This document shows positions 45,596 to 55,539 of a DNA stretch of 64,000 nucleotides, piece by piece (position 1 is the first letter of the stretch; the number at the start of each line of letters is the position of its first letter). Position numbers and translations under genes: made by a program. The notes below the pieces were generated by a model. That model made no database searches. It had not been told where the DNA came from and was given only the letters and a program-made list of their open reading frames with translations. Location: assembly GCF_047149785.1 (NCBI RefSeq), contig NZ_BAAGBE010000001.1, positions 375,464-439,463 on the forward strand. Reading direction: 5' to 3'. The DNA is from Nitrobacter sp. GTDB taxonomy: Bacteria > Pseudomonadota > Alphaproteobacteria > Rhizobiales > Xanthobacteraceae.

Positions 45596-45746
45596 CCTTC
45601 TCCCCTCGGGGGAGAAGGTGCCTTCGCGAAGCGAAGACGGATGAGGGGGGCTGCGCATCCGCCGCCTCACCCGGCCGCCTGAGCCAGTCATCGGGCGGCG
45701 CCTCGCGCCGACCCGTTGGGCGTCCCTCTCCCGCCAGGGGAGAGGG
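45596..45746. repeat. Family C GC-rich multi-hairpin repeat filling the ileS-lspA spacer
   Basis: Hairpins are ccttctcccc-tc-ggggagaagg (10 bp), cttcgc-gaa-gcgaag, and ccctctccc-gccag-gggagaggg (9 bp). Confidence 0.75.
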
Positions 45747-45762
45747 TCGGAAAGCGCGATCG

Positions 45763-48700
45763 TCACGCGTTCACCCCCAGCGCCTTCCATTCGCGCAGCG
45801 CCTGCGCGTCGCGCGGCGATACGTCGGGATACTCCTTGTCGTCCCCGACGCTCGGCAGGATCTTCCACGACCGGGCGCACTTGGTGCCCGCAGCTTTCTC
45901 GACCACCACGGCGACGCCCTGGACGTTCGGCAGACGGAACGCGTCGGCCGGCGCATCGCCCTCGCGCACCTCATAGTTCGAGGTGATGCAGACCTCGGCG
46001 AGGTCGACGTCGAACAACGTGCCGAGCATCGCGCGGTCGGCGACATAGACGATCGGCGAGGCTTCCAGCGAGGAGCCGATCCGCTTGGCGGCGCGTTCGA
46101 GTTCCAGCGCGCCGGTGACGACGCTGCGCACCGCGCGGATGGTCTCCCACTTCGCGGCCAAAGCATCGTCGCGGAAATCGTCGAAACTCTCGGGGAACGT
46201 CGTCAGATGCACAGACGGCTCCGCGTCCGGACGATACAGCCGCCACGCTTCCTCGGTTGTGAACGACAGCACCGGCGCCAGCCATTTCAGGATCGAGTCG
46301 CACAGCAGATCGATCGTCGTCAGCGCCGCCTTGCGCGCCGCCGACGACGGCGGATCGCAATACAGCGTATCTTTGCGGATATCGAAATAGAACGCCGAGA
46401 GTTCGGTGTTCATGAAGGCCGCGAGACTTGCGATCACGATCTTGTAATCGAAAGCCGCGTAAGCCTTGCGCACCACCTCGCTCTGTGCCGCCAACTGGTG
46501 CAGCATCAACCGTTCCAGCTCGGGCATGTCGGCGACCGCGACCGCGTCGGCGCGATCGAAGTGATGCAGCGTGCCGAGCATCCAGCGGATGGTGTTGCGC
46601 AGCTTGCGGTAGGTCTCGATGGTGTTCTTGAGAATCTCGGGGCCGATGCGCTGATCGTCGGCGTAGTCGGTGGCGCAGACCCACAGCCGCAGGATGTCGG
46701 CGCCGGACTCCTTGATGACCTTCTGCGGATCGACCGTATTGCCGAGCGACTTCGACATCTTGCGGCCGTTCTCGTCGAGCGTGAAGCCGTGCGTCAGCAC
46801 CACGTCGTAAGGCGCGCGGCCCCGCGTGCCGCAGCTTTCCAGAAGCGAGGAGTGAAACCAGCCGCGATGCTGGTCGCTGCCTTCCAGATACATCACGGTA
46901 TCGCGGCCGCCGTCGATCGTGCGGACGATGTGGCCGAGCTGCGGGAAGTGCTGGCGATCCTCCAGCACGAAGGCATGGGTCGAGCCGGAATCGAACCAGA
47001 CGTCGAGGATGTCGTCGACCTTGCGCCAGTCCTCATTGGCGCGGGGTCCGAGGAAGCGTTCGCGCGCGCCCTCGGCGTACCAGGCGTCCGCGCCTTCTTC
47101 GCTGAAGGCTTCGATGATGCGGTGATTGACGGCCTCGTCGCGCAGGATGTCGACCGAGCCGTCACCGCGCTCCTTGTAGAACAGCGCGATCGGCACGCCC
47201 CAGGCGCGTTGGCGCGAGATCACCCAATCCGGCCGGTTGGCGATCATGCCGGTGATGCGGTTTTGTCCGGCCGGCGGCACCCAGCGTGTCACCGAGATCG
47301 CGTGCAGCGCGCGGGCGCGGAGGGTGTCGCCGGGTTTCGCGTGGAGGGTGTTGCCTCCCTCCCCACCACTCGCCCCGCTCGCGGGGGGAGGGGAGAGGAT
47401 CTCCCTGTCCATCGCGATGAACCATTGCGGCGTGTTGCGGAAGATCACCGGCTTCTTCGAGCGCCACGAATGCGGGTACTGGTGTTTCAGCCGTCCGCGC
47501 GCGAGCAGCATGTTGCGCGCGACCAGCACCTTGATGACCGCCTCGTTGGCGTCGCCCTTGTCGCCCTTGTCGTCGAGGACGCGCTTGCCTTCGAAGCCGG
47601 GCGCCTGCGCCGTCAGCGCGCCGTTCTCGTCGACGGTGTAGGGAATCGCGGTCGAGATGCCGCGCGCCTCAAGCTCGCGCGCATTGTGAGTCCAGATGTC
47701 GAAGTCCTCGCGGCCATGTCCCGGCGCGGTATGGACGAAGCCGGTGCCGGTATCGTCGGTGACGTGATCGCCTGCCAACAGCGGCACGGTGAAGTCGTAG
47801 CCGCCGGACAGGCCTTTCAGCGGGTGCGCGCATTCCACCGCATCCAGCGTATCGGCGGGAATGTCGCGGACCTTCTCGTAGGCCGTGACGCGCGCCTGCT
47901 TGAAGACGTCGGCGGCGAGTTTGTCGGCGAGCATCAGAAGATCGCCTGTTTTTGCCCAATTGTCGGCGGGCGCATCGGTGACCTTGTAAAGACCGTAGGC
48001 GATCTTGTTCGAGAAGCTGATGGCGCGATTGCCCGGCAGCGTCCACGGCGTCGTGGTCCAGATCACAACGCTCGCCTGCGCCAGCGCGCCGTGCGCCGGC
48101 GAGGTCACCGGAAACTTCACCCACACCGTATCCGAGGTGTGGTCCTCGTATTCGACCTCGGCCTCCGCCAGCGCGGTCTTCTCGACCACGCTCCACATCA
48201 CCGGCTTGGAGCCGCGATAGAGCGTGCCGTTGGCGGCGAACGTCATCAGTTCGCGCGCGATCTGTGCTTCGGCCGGATAGGTCATGGTGGCGTAGGGATG
48301 CTCCCAGTCGCCGATGATGCCGAGGCGCTTAAACTCCTCGCGCTGCACGTTCAGCCAGTGCGCGGCATAGGCGCGGCATTCCTTGCGGAACGCGACCATC
48401 GCGGCCGGCTCCTTGAAGTTCGGCTTCGCCTTGCCCTTGGAGCGGTAGTTCTCCTCCTCGATCTTCCATTCGATCGGCAGGCCGTGGCAGTCCCAGCCCG
48501 GCACGTAATTGGAATCGTGTCCCAGCATCTGCTGGCTTTTGGTCACGACGTCCTTGAGGATCTTGTTGAGCGCATGGCCGATATGGATATGCCCGTTGGC
48601 GTAAGGCGGGCCGTCATGCAGCACGAATTTCGGCCGCCCCTTCGCGCGCTTGCGGAGTTGCTCGTAAAGATCGATCTCGTTCCAGCGCGCCAGAATCTCC

Positions 48701-48804
48701 GGCTCGCGCTGCGGCAGTCCGGCGCGCATCGGAAAGTCCGTCTGCGGCAGGTAGAGGGTTTTGGAATAGTCGGGGGTGGCGGTCGTCTGGGGCTTGTCGG
48801 ACAT
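45763..48804 (-). CDS. ileS: Isoleucine-tRNA ligase IleS
   Basis: In-frame ATG at 48804 ([30 protein letters not shown]...). '[13 protein letters not shown]' (HIGH) and 'KMSKSLGN' (KMSKS). 1013 aa. Confidence 0.96.
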   Translation of the reverse strand: MSDKPQTTATPDYSKTLYLPQTDFPMRAGLPQREPEILARWNEIDLYEQLRKRAKGRPKFVLHDGPPYANGHIHIGHALNKILKDVVTKSQQMLGHDSNYVPGWDCHGLPIEWKIEEENYRSKGKAKPNFKEPAAMVAFRKECRAYAAHWLNVQREEFKRLGIIGDWEHPYATMTYPAEAQIARELMTFAANGTLYRGSKPVMWSVVEKTALAEAEVEYEDHTSDTVWVKFPVTSPAHGALAQASVVIWTTTPWTLPGNRAISFSNKIAYGLYKVTDAPADNWAKTGDLLMLADKLAADVFKQARVTAYEKVRDIPADTLDAVECAHPLKGLSGGYDFTVPLLAGDHVTDDTGTGFVHTAPGHGREDFDIWTHNARELEARGISTAIPYTVDENGALTAQAPGFEGKRVLDDKGDKGDANEAVIKVLVARNMLLARGRLKHQYPHSWRSKKPVIFRNTPQWFIAMDREILSPPPASGASGGEGGNTLHAKPGDTLRARALHAISVTRWVPPAGQNRITGMIANRPDWVISRQRAWGVPIALFYKERGDGSVDILRDEAVNHRIIEAFSEEGADAWYAEGARERFLGPRANEDWRKVDDILDVWFDSGSTHAFVLEDRQHFPQLGHIVRTIDGGRDTVMYLEGSDQHRGWFHSSLLESCGTRGRAPYDVVLTHGFTLDENGRKMSKSLGNTVDPQKVIKESGADILRLWVCATDYADDQRIGPEILKNTIETYRKLRNTIRWMLGTLHHFDRADAVAVADMPELERLMLHQLAAQSEVVRKAYAAFDYKIVIASLAAFMNTELSAFYFDIRKDTLYCDPPSSAARKAALTTIDLLCDSILKWLAPVLSFTTEEAWRLYRPDAEPSVHLTTFPESFDDFRDDALAAKWETIRAVRSVVTGALELERAAKRIGSSLEASPIVYVADRAMLGTLFDVDLAEVCITSNYEVREGDAPADAFRLPNVQGVAVVVEKAAGTKCARSWKILPSVGDDKEYPDVSPRDAQALREWKALGVNA
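47338..47403 (-). repeat. GC-rich palindromic, family-C-like segment lying in frame inside ileS
   Basis: The coding strand reads atcctctcccctccccccgcgagcggggcgagtggtggggagggaggc. It has an inner stem ccccg/cgggg and an outer stem ctcccctcccc/ggggagggag (one bulge). It encodes [16 protein letters not shown]. Confidence 0.5.
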
Positions 48805-49096
48805 GAAGGCTCTGGCTTGGCTCAAAGGGCGCGAAAACGCGGGGGATAGCGAATGAACTGGAACGGTCCCGGTCTTGCGCTTGAGCCAGGGCTCAGGCGG
48901 AAGCCGGGCTGCTAATCCGTATGGTGCGCCGCGCGAACATGGGCTTTTCCATAGCAGGCGGCCGGGGGGAGCGCAAAGGTCGAAAAACCTTTCCGGTCGT
49001 TCCGGACGCCGCGCCGTCGGCGATCCGGAATCCCAACATTCAACGATAATTCGTGAACGAGATTTCGGGGTTCGCGCCGCCGGCCTGCTCGGGGCA

Positions 49097-50068
49097 TTAC
49101 CCGATGGCGCCGAGTTTCGGAAACGCGTCGGGCGCGGCCGCGAGCATCGCCCGTGCGACGGCCGCATCGCCGTCCATCCGGCGCACCAGCGCCTTGACGC
49201 TGTCGAATTTCAGCTCGTCACGGATGAAGCCGATGAAGGCCGCGTCCAGCGTGGTCCCGTAGAGGTCGCCCGTGAAGTCGAACAGGAACACTTCGAGCAG
49301 CGGCGCGCCGTTGTCGAAGGTCGGGCGGCGGCCGAAGCTCGCGACGCCGTCGAAGCGCTCCATCCCCCGACCGACCCGCACGGCGTAGACGCCGTGCCTG
49401 AGGCCGCAATCCTTGTCGAGGCGGATATTGGCGGTGGGATAGCCGAGCCCCGCGCCGCGCTTGTCGCCATGGATCACCTCGCCGGTCACGAACCAGGGTC
49501 CGCCGAGCATGGCGGTGGCGTCCGCGATCTGGCCCTCCGCCAGCGCCATGCGGATCGCGCTGGACGACACGGGCCGCTCATCGATGTCGATATGGGGCTG
49601 CACGTCGACCTCGATGCCGAAGCGCGTCGCCTCGCTCGCCAAAAGGCTGGGCGAACCGACCCGGCCCTTGCCGAAATGGAAATCGTATCCGACGGCGATG
49701 CCGCTGACGCCGAGGCGATCAATCAGATCATGGTGAATGAAATCCTGCGCCGTGGTGCCCGCTCGCGCGGCGTCGAAGGTCATGACCACGGCCCCGGCGA
49801 GGCCCGCTCCAGCCAGCAGCCGCAGCTTGCTGGTCTCGTCGGTCAGGCGGAATTGCTGGGTGTTCGGGCTGAAGAACTTTCGCGGATGCGGCTCGAAGGT
49901 GACCGCAAGGGCCGGCCTGTTGCGGGAACGGGCCATCTGAAGCGCCGCCGAGATCACCGCGCGATGGCCGAGGTGAACGCCGTCGAAATTGCCCATCGCC
50001 ACCACCGACCCTTTTGGGATCGTTTTGGCAGGGGCGGCGTCGCGGATGATGATAAATCGGGAGGTCAT
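49097..50068 (-). CDS. ribF: Bifunctional riboflavin kinase / FAD synthetase RibF
   Basis: In-frame ATG at 50068 ([10 protein letters not shown]...). '[15 protein letters not shown]' and the kinase domain '[15 protein letters not shown]'. Confidence 0.93.
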   Translation of the reverse strand: MTSRFIIIRDAAPAKTIPKGSVVAMGNFDGVHLGHRAVISAALQMARSRNRPALAVTFEPHPRKFFSPNTQQFRLTDETSKLRLLAGAGLAGAVVMTFDAARAGTTAQDFIHHDLIDRLGVSGIAVGYDFHFGKGRVGSPSLLASEATRFGIEVDVQPHIDIDERPVSSSAIRMALAEGQIADATAMLGGPWFVTGEVIHGDKRGAGLGYPTANIRLDKDCGLRHGVYAVRVGRGMERFDGVASFGRRPTFDNGAPLLEVFLFDFTGDLYGTTLDAAFIGFIRDELKFDSVKALVRRMDGDAAVARAMLAAAPDAFPKLGAIG

Positions 50069-50305
50069 TACCGTTCGTTGATGTGTGGGGGACCGCGTGA
50101 AGTCAAGCGCGGCTCGCCGGCTTTCGCGCGCGGTCCGTCGGAATCCGCGTCCAGTTAACACCCTGTTTAACGGCTGGTGATAAGCATGAGGACCGACCCC
50201 GAGGTCAGGACCGGCCAACACCGGATGCTGTCCTCCAGGATCGCTCGCTCCGGCGGGCTTCGACGATTCCTCACACATAGAACGTGACGTGCAGGGGGGC
50301 TCAGC

Positions 50306-50701
50306 ATGGCGGTTGATTTGTCAATGTCGGTTCTGGTGGTAGACGACTACAACACCATGATCCGCATCATCCGAAATCTTCTCAAGCAGCTTGGGTTCGA
50401 GAACATCGACGATGCCAGCGACGGGTCGGCGGCGCTGAACAAGATGCGCACCAAGAAATACGGTCTGGTGATTTCCGACTGGAACATGGAACCGATGACC
50501 GGCTACGATCTTCTCAAGGAAGTTCGCGCCGACGCCAATCTCGCGATGACGCCGTTCATCATGATTACGGCGGAGTCGAAGACGGAGAACGTCATCGCCG
50601 CCAAGAAGGCCGGGGTGAACAACTACATCGTCAAGCCGTTCAACGCGGCGACGCTGAAGAACAAGATCGAAGCGGTGTTCCCCGACAACGTCCCGGCGTA
50701 A
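50306..50701 (+). CDS. CheY-like single-domain response regulator
   Basis: 131-aa ORF. 'VLVVDDYNTM', the phospho-acceptor context 'LVISDWNMEPMTG', and 'ITAESKTENVIAAKKAGVNNYIVKPF' track E. coli CheY closely. Confidence 0.9.
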   Translation: MAVDLSMSVLVVDDYNTMIRIIRNLLKQLGFENIDDASDGSAALNKMRTKKYGLVISDWNMEPMTGYDLLKEVRADANLAMTPFIMITAESKTENVIAAKKAGVNNYIVKPFNAATLKNKIEAVFPDNVPA

Positions 50702-50757
50702 TCGCCGGCGGGTTTCGAGCTGACGTCGTTTCGATTCCTGCTCCGACGATATGGTGT

Positions 50758-51088
50758 CCGTCATGCCCGTGCTTGTCACGGGCATCCACGTCTTATCGGA
50801 ATGTCGATCTTCTTTACCTCTCCCCGATGGGGAGAGGTCGGCACGCAGTGCCGGGTGAGGGGGTAAACTCGCGAGGCTTCACCCCCTCACCCCGACCCTC
50901 TCCCCGTGGGAGAGGGAGTTCGCTGTGCCCGCTGATGCGTTTCCATCTAAATATGAATTTGCTCTGGCGGTGGTTCAGCAAGAAAGACGTGGATGGCCGG
51001 GACCATAGGCGTTCGACAGAACGCCGTTCTTCGAACGGCCGAAAGCGCGTTTACGCGCGTCTTCGACGCGCTATGGCCGGCCATGACG
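50758..51088. repeat. Composite: family A element split by a nested family C element
   Basis: The family A left arm (ccgtcatgcccgtgcttgtcacgggcatccacgtctt) is at 50758-50794. Family C hairpins lie at 50817-50916. The family A right arm (aagacgtggatggccggg...gccgttcttcgaacggc...ggccggccatgacg) is at 50983-51088. Confidence 0.75.
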
Positions 51089-51134
51089 AACGGAAATCGC
51101 AGCGTTCACCGAGAAGTCTCTCAGAAGCAAGTCC

Positions 51135-51989
51135 CTACCACTTCAGTTCGCGCATCAGCGCCAGCGGCGGATGGCCGAACAATTCCTTGACCGAGGCCGG
51201 ATCGAGCTGGTCGACGCCGGCGAATTCCTCGGAATGGATGCCGCGCGTCAAAAACAGCAGGTCGATGCCGAAAGCGTGCGCGCCCGTCAGGTCCGTACGC
51301 ACGGAATCGCCGATCGCGAGCACCCGGTCGAGCTGCGTATCCTTGCCGCGCCGTTCCCGCGCCAGCGCCATCGCGCGTTCGTAGATCGGCCGGTGCGGCT
51401 TGCCGTAAAAGATTACCTCGCCGCCCAGCTCGCGATAGAGTTCGGCGATGGCGCCGGCGCAATAGAGCAGCCGGTCTCCGCTTTCGACGACGATATCGGG
51501 GTTGGCGCAGATCAACGGCAGCCTGCGCTCGCGCGCCTGCATCAGCAGGGTGCGATAGTCCTCGGCGGTTTCGGTCTCGTCGTCGAACGGGCCGGTGCAG
51601 ACGATGTAGTCGGCGTGCTCGATCGGCGCGAGCACCGGGTCGAGGCCGCGATAGATCGAGCTGTCGCGCTCGGGGCCGAGCCAGTAAACCGCCTTGCCCC
51701 GATGCTCGGCGACGTAGTTGCGCGCCAGATCGCCTGACGAAGCGATGGCGTCGTAGGTGTCGTCGGGCACGCCGAACTTGCGCAATTGCCGCTGCACGGC
51801 GTCGGCCGGGCGCGGCGCGTTGGTGATGAGGATGACGGCGCCGCCCTTGTCACGGAACGTTTTCAGCGCCGCGCAGGCCTCGGGAAACGACACGAGACCG
51901 TTGTGAACCACGCCCCAGATGTCGCTGAGCACCACGTCCCTTCCGGCCGCGAGGTCGCGCAGGTGGTCGACGTAACGAAGGGCCCTCAT
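51135..51989 (-). CDS. HAD-superfamily class IIA hydrolase (TIGR01459-like)
   Basis: 284-aa ORF. 'VVLSDIWGVVHNG' (DxxGV motif I), 'ILITNAPR' and 'AIGDSVRTD'. Confidence 0.8.
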   Translation of the reverse strand: MRALRYVDHLRDLAAGRDVVLSDIWGVVHNGLVSFPEACAALKTFRDKGGAVILITNAPRPADAVQRQLRKFGVPDDTYDAIASSGDLARNYVAEHRGKAVYWLGPERDSSIYRGLDPVLAPIEHADYIVCTGPFDDETETAEDYRTLLMQARERRLPLICANPDIVVESGDRLLYCAGAIAELYRELGGEVIFYGKPHRPIYERAMALARERRGKDTQLDRVLAIGDSVRTDLTGAHAFGIDLLFLTRGIHSEEFAGVDQLDPASVKELFGHPPLALMRELKW

Positions 51990-52005
51990 CTCGGAACGGA
52001 TGCTT

Positions 52006-53379
52006 TCAGGCTGCGCCGCCGGCGCGGCGCACCAGTGCGGCGGCGCCGGTCAGGCGGGGCTGATAGTCGGACTTGATTGCGCCGGCCTTCGTCTTGTCGG
52101 CTGGGCTTGCGGCCGCATCCGGACGCAGCGGCCGGGGCGCGGCGAACAGGAAACCCTGGCCGAAGCGGACCTCGTAGTCGAGCAGATCGACCACAGCCCG
52201 TTCGTCTTCGATCCGTTCCGCGATCAGGTCGATGCCGAACCGTCCGAGCAGATCGGAAATGTCGGCCGGATGGATATCGGAGGCCGCCATTCGTTTCTGG
52301 TCCAGAAGGAGCGAGGCCGGCACCTTGATGAAGCGGACGCCGCGGTCGGCCAGTTCGCGCGGCTCCATGCGCAGGTCGTTCACATGGTCGATGGAGAACC
52401 GGTAGCCGCGCTGCGCCAGTGCGGCGAGGTGCTCGCTTTCGGTGGCGCCGAGACCGCGCAGCGTGCTGTGCCTGAATTCGAGGATCAGCGAAGGCGCCAG
52501 GGCGCGATTGGCCTCCAGAAATTCGAGACACTTCGCGAACGCGGCGCGATTGCCAAGCGTCGCCGCGGCGACGTTGCAGAACAGGGCGGCATCCTTGTTG
52601 CGCTGCTGAAGCCGGCGCAGCACCTCCGCGCAGCGCGCGATCACCATGTTGTCGATGCGTCCCATCAGACCGGCCGCTTCGGCGGCGGGAATGAAATCGC
52701 CGGCGGCAAGAGGTGCTCCGCTGGCATCGCGCAGCCGCACCACGGCTTCGTAGTAGCGCGTCTTGCGCTGTGGAAGCGTGACGATCGGCTGCAGGAAGAT
52801 GTCGATGCTGTTGGCCTCGATGGCGTCCTTGATCGTCGTCAGGACGGGCGTGTCGTTGCGGTTTGGCGTGGAACTCGTTCCGGCCGGCCGGGCGGGAGCA
52901 GGCGCCGCAACCCATATCGGAGGCGGGGGGTCGACCGTCTGCGGCGGGGCAGCCGGCGGCAGCGCCGCCAGCATGTCCTCATGGACGGCAACCGAGGCCG
53001 CGAGCTGCCTGACCAGCCCGCCAAGCTCGCTGATTTCCCCGAGCGCGGACTGGAGTCCCGATTGAATGCGGTCGTGCGCGGCGGAATTGGGGGAGACCGT
53101 CCTGCTCTCGACCGCCGCGAGGCGCCGCCCGAACTCGCCGACCTGACGGGCGAGGTCGGCGATGCCCTGCGACAGATCTGCGATCTGGCCGTCGACGTCG
53201 CTGCGGTCGCGCATCCGCGTCGACACCGCGTTGTAGAGAATGAGGAAGGTCAGGGCGGCCAGCGCCACGACGGCGGCTTCAGACGCGCGCAGGTTCGTCA
53301 GCGAATAGAGCACGAGGCCGAGCGAGCCCGAGACCAGCACCATGCAGACGGCAACGAAAATCGTGGAGATACGGATCAT
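52006..53379 (-). CDS. Membrane-anchored EAL-domain protein (putative c-di-GMP phosphodiesterase)
   Basis: 457-aa ORF with two N-terminal TM helices, a coiled-coil-like linker and an EAL domain ('FLQPIVTL...YYEAVVRL', 'NVAAATL', 'ILEF', 'FSIDHV', 'IKV', 'IAERIEDE', 'GQGFLF'). Confidence 0.85.
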   Translation of the reverse strand: MIRISTIFVAVCMVLVSGSLGLVLYSLTNLRASEAAVVALAALTFLILYNAVSTRMRDRSDVDGQIADLSQGIADLARQVGEFGRRLAAVESRTVSPNSAAHDRIQSGLQSALGEISELGGLVRQLAASVAVHEDMLAALPPAAPPQTVDPPPPIWVAAPAPARPAGTSSTPNRNDTPVLTTIKDAIEANSIDIFLQPIVTLPQRKTRYYEAVVRLRDASGAPLAAGDFIPAAEAAGLMGRIDNMVIARCAEVLRRLQQRNKDAALFCNVAAATLGNRAAFAKCLEFLEANRALAPSLILEFRHSTLRGLGATESEHLAALAQRGYRFSIDHVNDLRMEPRELADRGVRFIKVPASLLLDQKRMAASDIHPADISDLLGRFGIDLIAERIEDERAVVDLLDYEVRFGQGFLFAAPRPLRPDAAASPADKTKAGAIKSDYQPRLTGAAALVRRAGGAA

Positions 53380-53499
53380 CTGGCGCGATAAAGGCTCCCG
53401 CCGCCGGATGATTTCCGGCGCTTTCGGACCGTCACACTACCATTATTGGTGATTCGGCGGACAGTCTTCTACCTTTTCCGCCGGAATCGGACCAATCGC

Positions 53500-54837
53500 T
53501 CAGGCGACGGCGCGAATCACCCTGGCGACCTTGTCGATGATCTCGCCGATCTGGTCGTCGCTGACGATCAGCGGCGGGGTCAGCGCCAGCGTGTCGCCGG
53601 CGATTCGCATCATCACGTCGTGGTCATGAAACCCGCTTCGGAGCGCGGCGAAACCGCGGTCGCCGGGCCCGTTCTGGTTGGGCGCGAGATCGATGCCCGC
53701 CGTGATCCCGACGGTGCGGATGTCCACCACATTGGGCTCGTTGCGCAGGCTCATCACCGCGTCCGCGAATGTCGGCTCCAGGTCCCTGGCGCGCTCGAAC
53801 AGTTTTTCGTCGCGATAGATGTCGAGGGTGGCGAGGCCGGCGGCGCAAGCCAGCGGGTGCGCCGAATAGGTGTAGCCGTGGAACAGTTCCACGGCGTTCG
53901 GCGGTCCGGCCATGAAGGCCTCAAAGACGGTATCGCGCACCAGTACGCCGCCCATCGGAGCCGCGCCGTTGGTGACTCCTTTCGCAAATGTGATCATGTC
54001 CGGCAGCACGCCGTAGCGCTCGGCGGCGAACGGGTAGCCGAGCCGGCCGAAGCCGGTGATGACCTCGTCGAAGATCAGGAGGATGCCGTGCTTCCGGGTG
54101 ATCTCGCGCAGCCGCTCGAGGTAGCCCTTGGGCGAGGGAAGCACGCCGGTCGATCCCGCCATCGGCTCGACGATAACGGCGGCGATGGTGTTGGCGCCGT
54201 GCAGGCCGACGAGGCGTTCCAGTTCGTCGGCGAAATGCGCGCCGTAATCAGGCTCGCCCTTGCTGAACGCCTGCTTGTCGCGGTCGTAGGTGGATTGCAG
54301 ATGGTCGACGCCGGTCAGCAGCGAGCCGAACATCTTGCGGTTGCTGACGATGCCGCCGACCGAGGTGCCGCCGAAGCCGACGCCGTGATAGCCGCGCTCG
54401 CGGCCGATCAGGCGGATGCGGCTGCCCTGGCCGTTGATCTGGTGATAGGCCAGCGCGATCTTCAGCGCGGTGTCGGCGGCCTCCGAACCAGAATTGCAGA
54501 AGAACACGTGATCGAGGCCCTTCGGCGCCAGCGCGGCGACGCGGTTCGCAAGCTCGAACGCCTGCGGAATGCCGAACTGGAACGGCGGCGCGAAGTCCAG
54601 CGCCTCGGCCTGCCTGCCGATCGCCGACGCGATTTCCGCGCGGCCGTGGCCGGCATTGCAGCACCACATGCCGGCGGCGCCGTCGATGATCTTGCGGCCG
54701 TCGGTTGAGAAGTAGTGCATGCCCTTGGCGCCGGCGATCAGCCGAGGCGCCGCCTTGAAGGCGCGGTTGGCGGTGAACGGCATCCAGAACGCGGCCAGAT
54801 CGTTCGGCGCGGGCGGGGCGGGGCTCTTGTCTAGCAT
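53500..54837 (-). CDS. Class III PLP-dependent aminotransferase (omega-amino acid / beta-alanine-pyruvate transaminase-like)
   Basis: In-frame ATG at 54837 (MLDKSPAPPAPNDLAAFWMPFTANRAF...). 'FFCNSGSEA', 'LLIFDEVITGFGR' and 'FAKGVTNG' (PLP lysine). Confidence 0.88.
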   Translation of the reverse strand: MLDKSPAPPAPNDLAAFWMPFTANRAFKAAPRLIAGAKGMHYFSTDGRKIIDGAAGMWCCNAGHGRAEIASAIGRQAEALDFAPPFQFGIPQAFELANRVAALAPKGLDHVFFCNSGSEAADTALKIALAYHQINGQGSRIRLIGRERGYHGVGFGGTSVGGIVSNRKMFGSLLTGVDHLQSTYDRDKQAFSKGEPDYGAHFADELERLVGLHGANTIAAVIVEPMAGSTGVLPSPKGYLERLREITRKHGILLIFDEVITGFGRLGYPFAAERYGVLPDMITFAKGVTNGAAPMGGVLVRDTVFEAFMAGPPNAVELFHGYTYSAHPLACAAGLATLDIYRDEKLFERARDLEPTFADAVMSLRNEPNVVDIRTVGITAGIDLAPNQNGPGDRGFAALRSGFHDHDVMMRIAGDTLALTPPLIVSDDQIGEIIDKVARVIRAVA

Positions 54838-55084
54838 CGGAGGCCTCTTCTTTTCGGCTCGGCATGTTTGGCGGCAGCCTAACCCTTTTTTGCAAGGCTG
54901 CGAAATGCGGTTTGCCGCATCGAGCCATGTGCGCCCGAACGTTGCGCGAATCGTGCTCGGAGCGTCCGCGGCGCGCGCGGCTGCGGCGGCTCTGGAGCCG
55001 GAGAACCGTCCGCGCACGTATATACCATCTTTAGTATATGATACGTTCATTTACACTTAATGGTTGTGTGGCTTAGTACGCCGC

Positions 55085-55528
55085 ATGACAGGCTTCGCAC
55101 CACGTCCGGATTTTTTTGACCTTCGACGCTTTGCGCGCGGCTCCCATGGGGCATCCGCGGTCGAGTTCGCGATGCTGCTGCCGCTGTTCCTGGTACTGGT
55201 GTTCGGCATCGTCGTGTTCGGCGCCTACCTCACCATGGTGCACAGCGTGCAGCAGCTCGCCGCCGAGGCGGCGCGCTGCTCGGTCGCGGGCCTGAGCGAG
55301 AGCGAGCGCGTCAGCCTTGCCGAAAATTACGTCACCGCGAACGCCGGGTCCTATCCGCTGTTGCAGCCGAGCCATCTCACGGTGAGCGCGGCGATCTCGG
55401 GCAGCGACGTCTTCATCGTTACCGTCAATTACGACGCCTCGGGCAATTTCATCTACACGCTGCCGTTCGTGCCGTCGCCGCCGTCGACCATCGCTCGCTC
55501 GGCGGCGATCCCGTTCGGCGGCTTTTGA
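55085..55528 (+). CDS. TadE-like pseudopilin/pilus assembly protein
   Basis: ORF 55064..55528. The TadE N-terminal motif 'GASAVEFAMLLPLFLVLVFGIVVFG' is present. Confidence 0.8.
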   Translation: MTGFAPRPDFFDLRRFARGSHGASAVEFAMLLPLFLVLVFGIVVFGAYLTMVHSVQQLAAEAARCSVAGLSESERVSLAENYVTANAGSYPLLQPSHLTVSAAISGSDVFIVTVNYDASGNFIYTLPFVPSPPSTIARSAAIPFGGF

Positions 55529-55539
55529 GGAGACGCACG

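Noticed and set aside
45550-48849. 1099-aa ORF on the plus strand
   Set aside because: It lies antisense to ileS, which has HIGH and KMSKS motifs. Its Arg/Gly/Ala-rich composition is typical of spurious open frames in high-GC DNA.
50155-50171. CtrA-like box TTAAC-N-TTAAC between ribF and cheY
   Set aside because: The spacing is TTAA-N8-TTAAC, one nucleotide longer than the N7 the consensus requires. I keep it only as a note.
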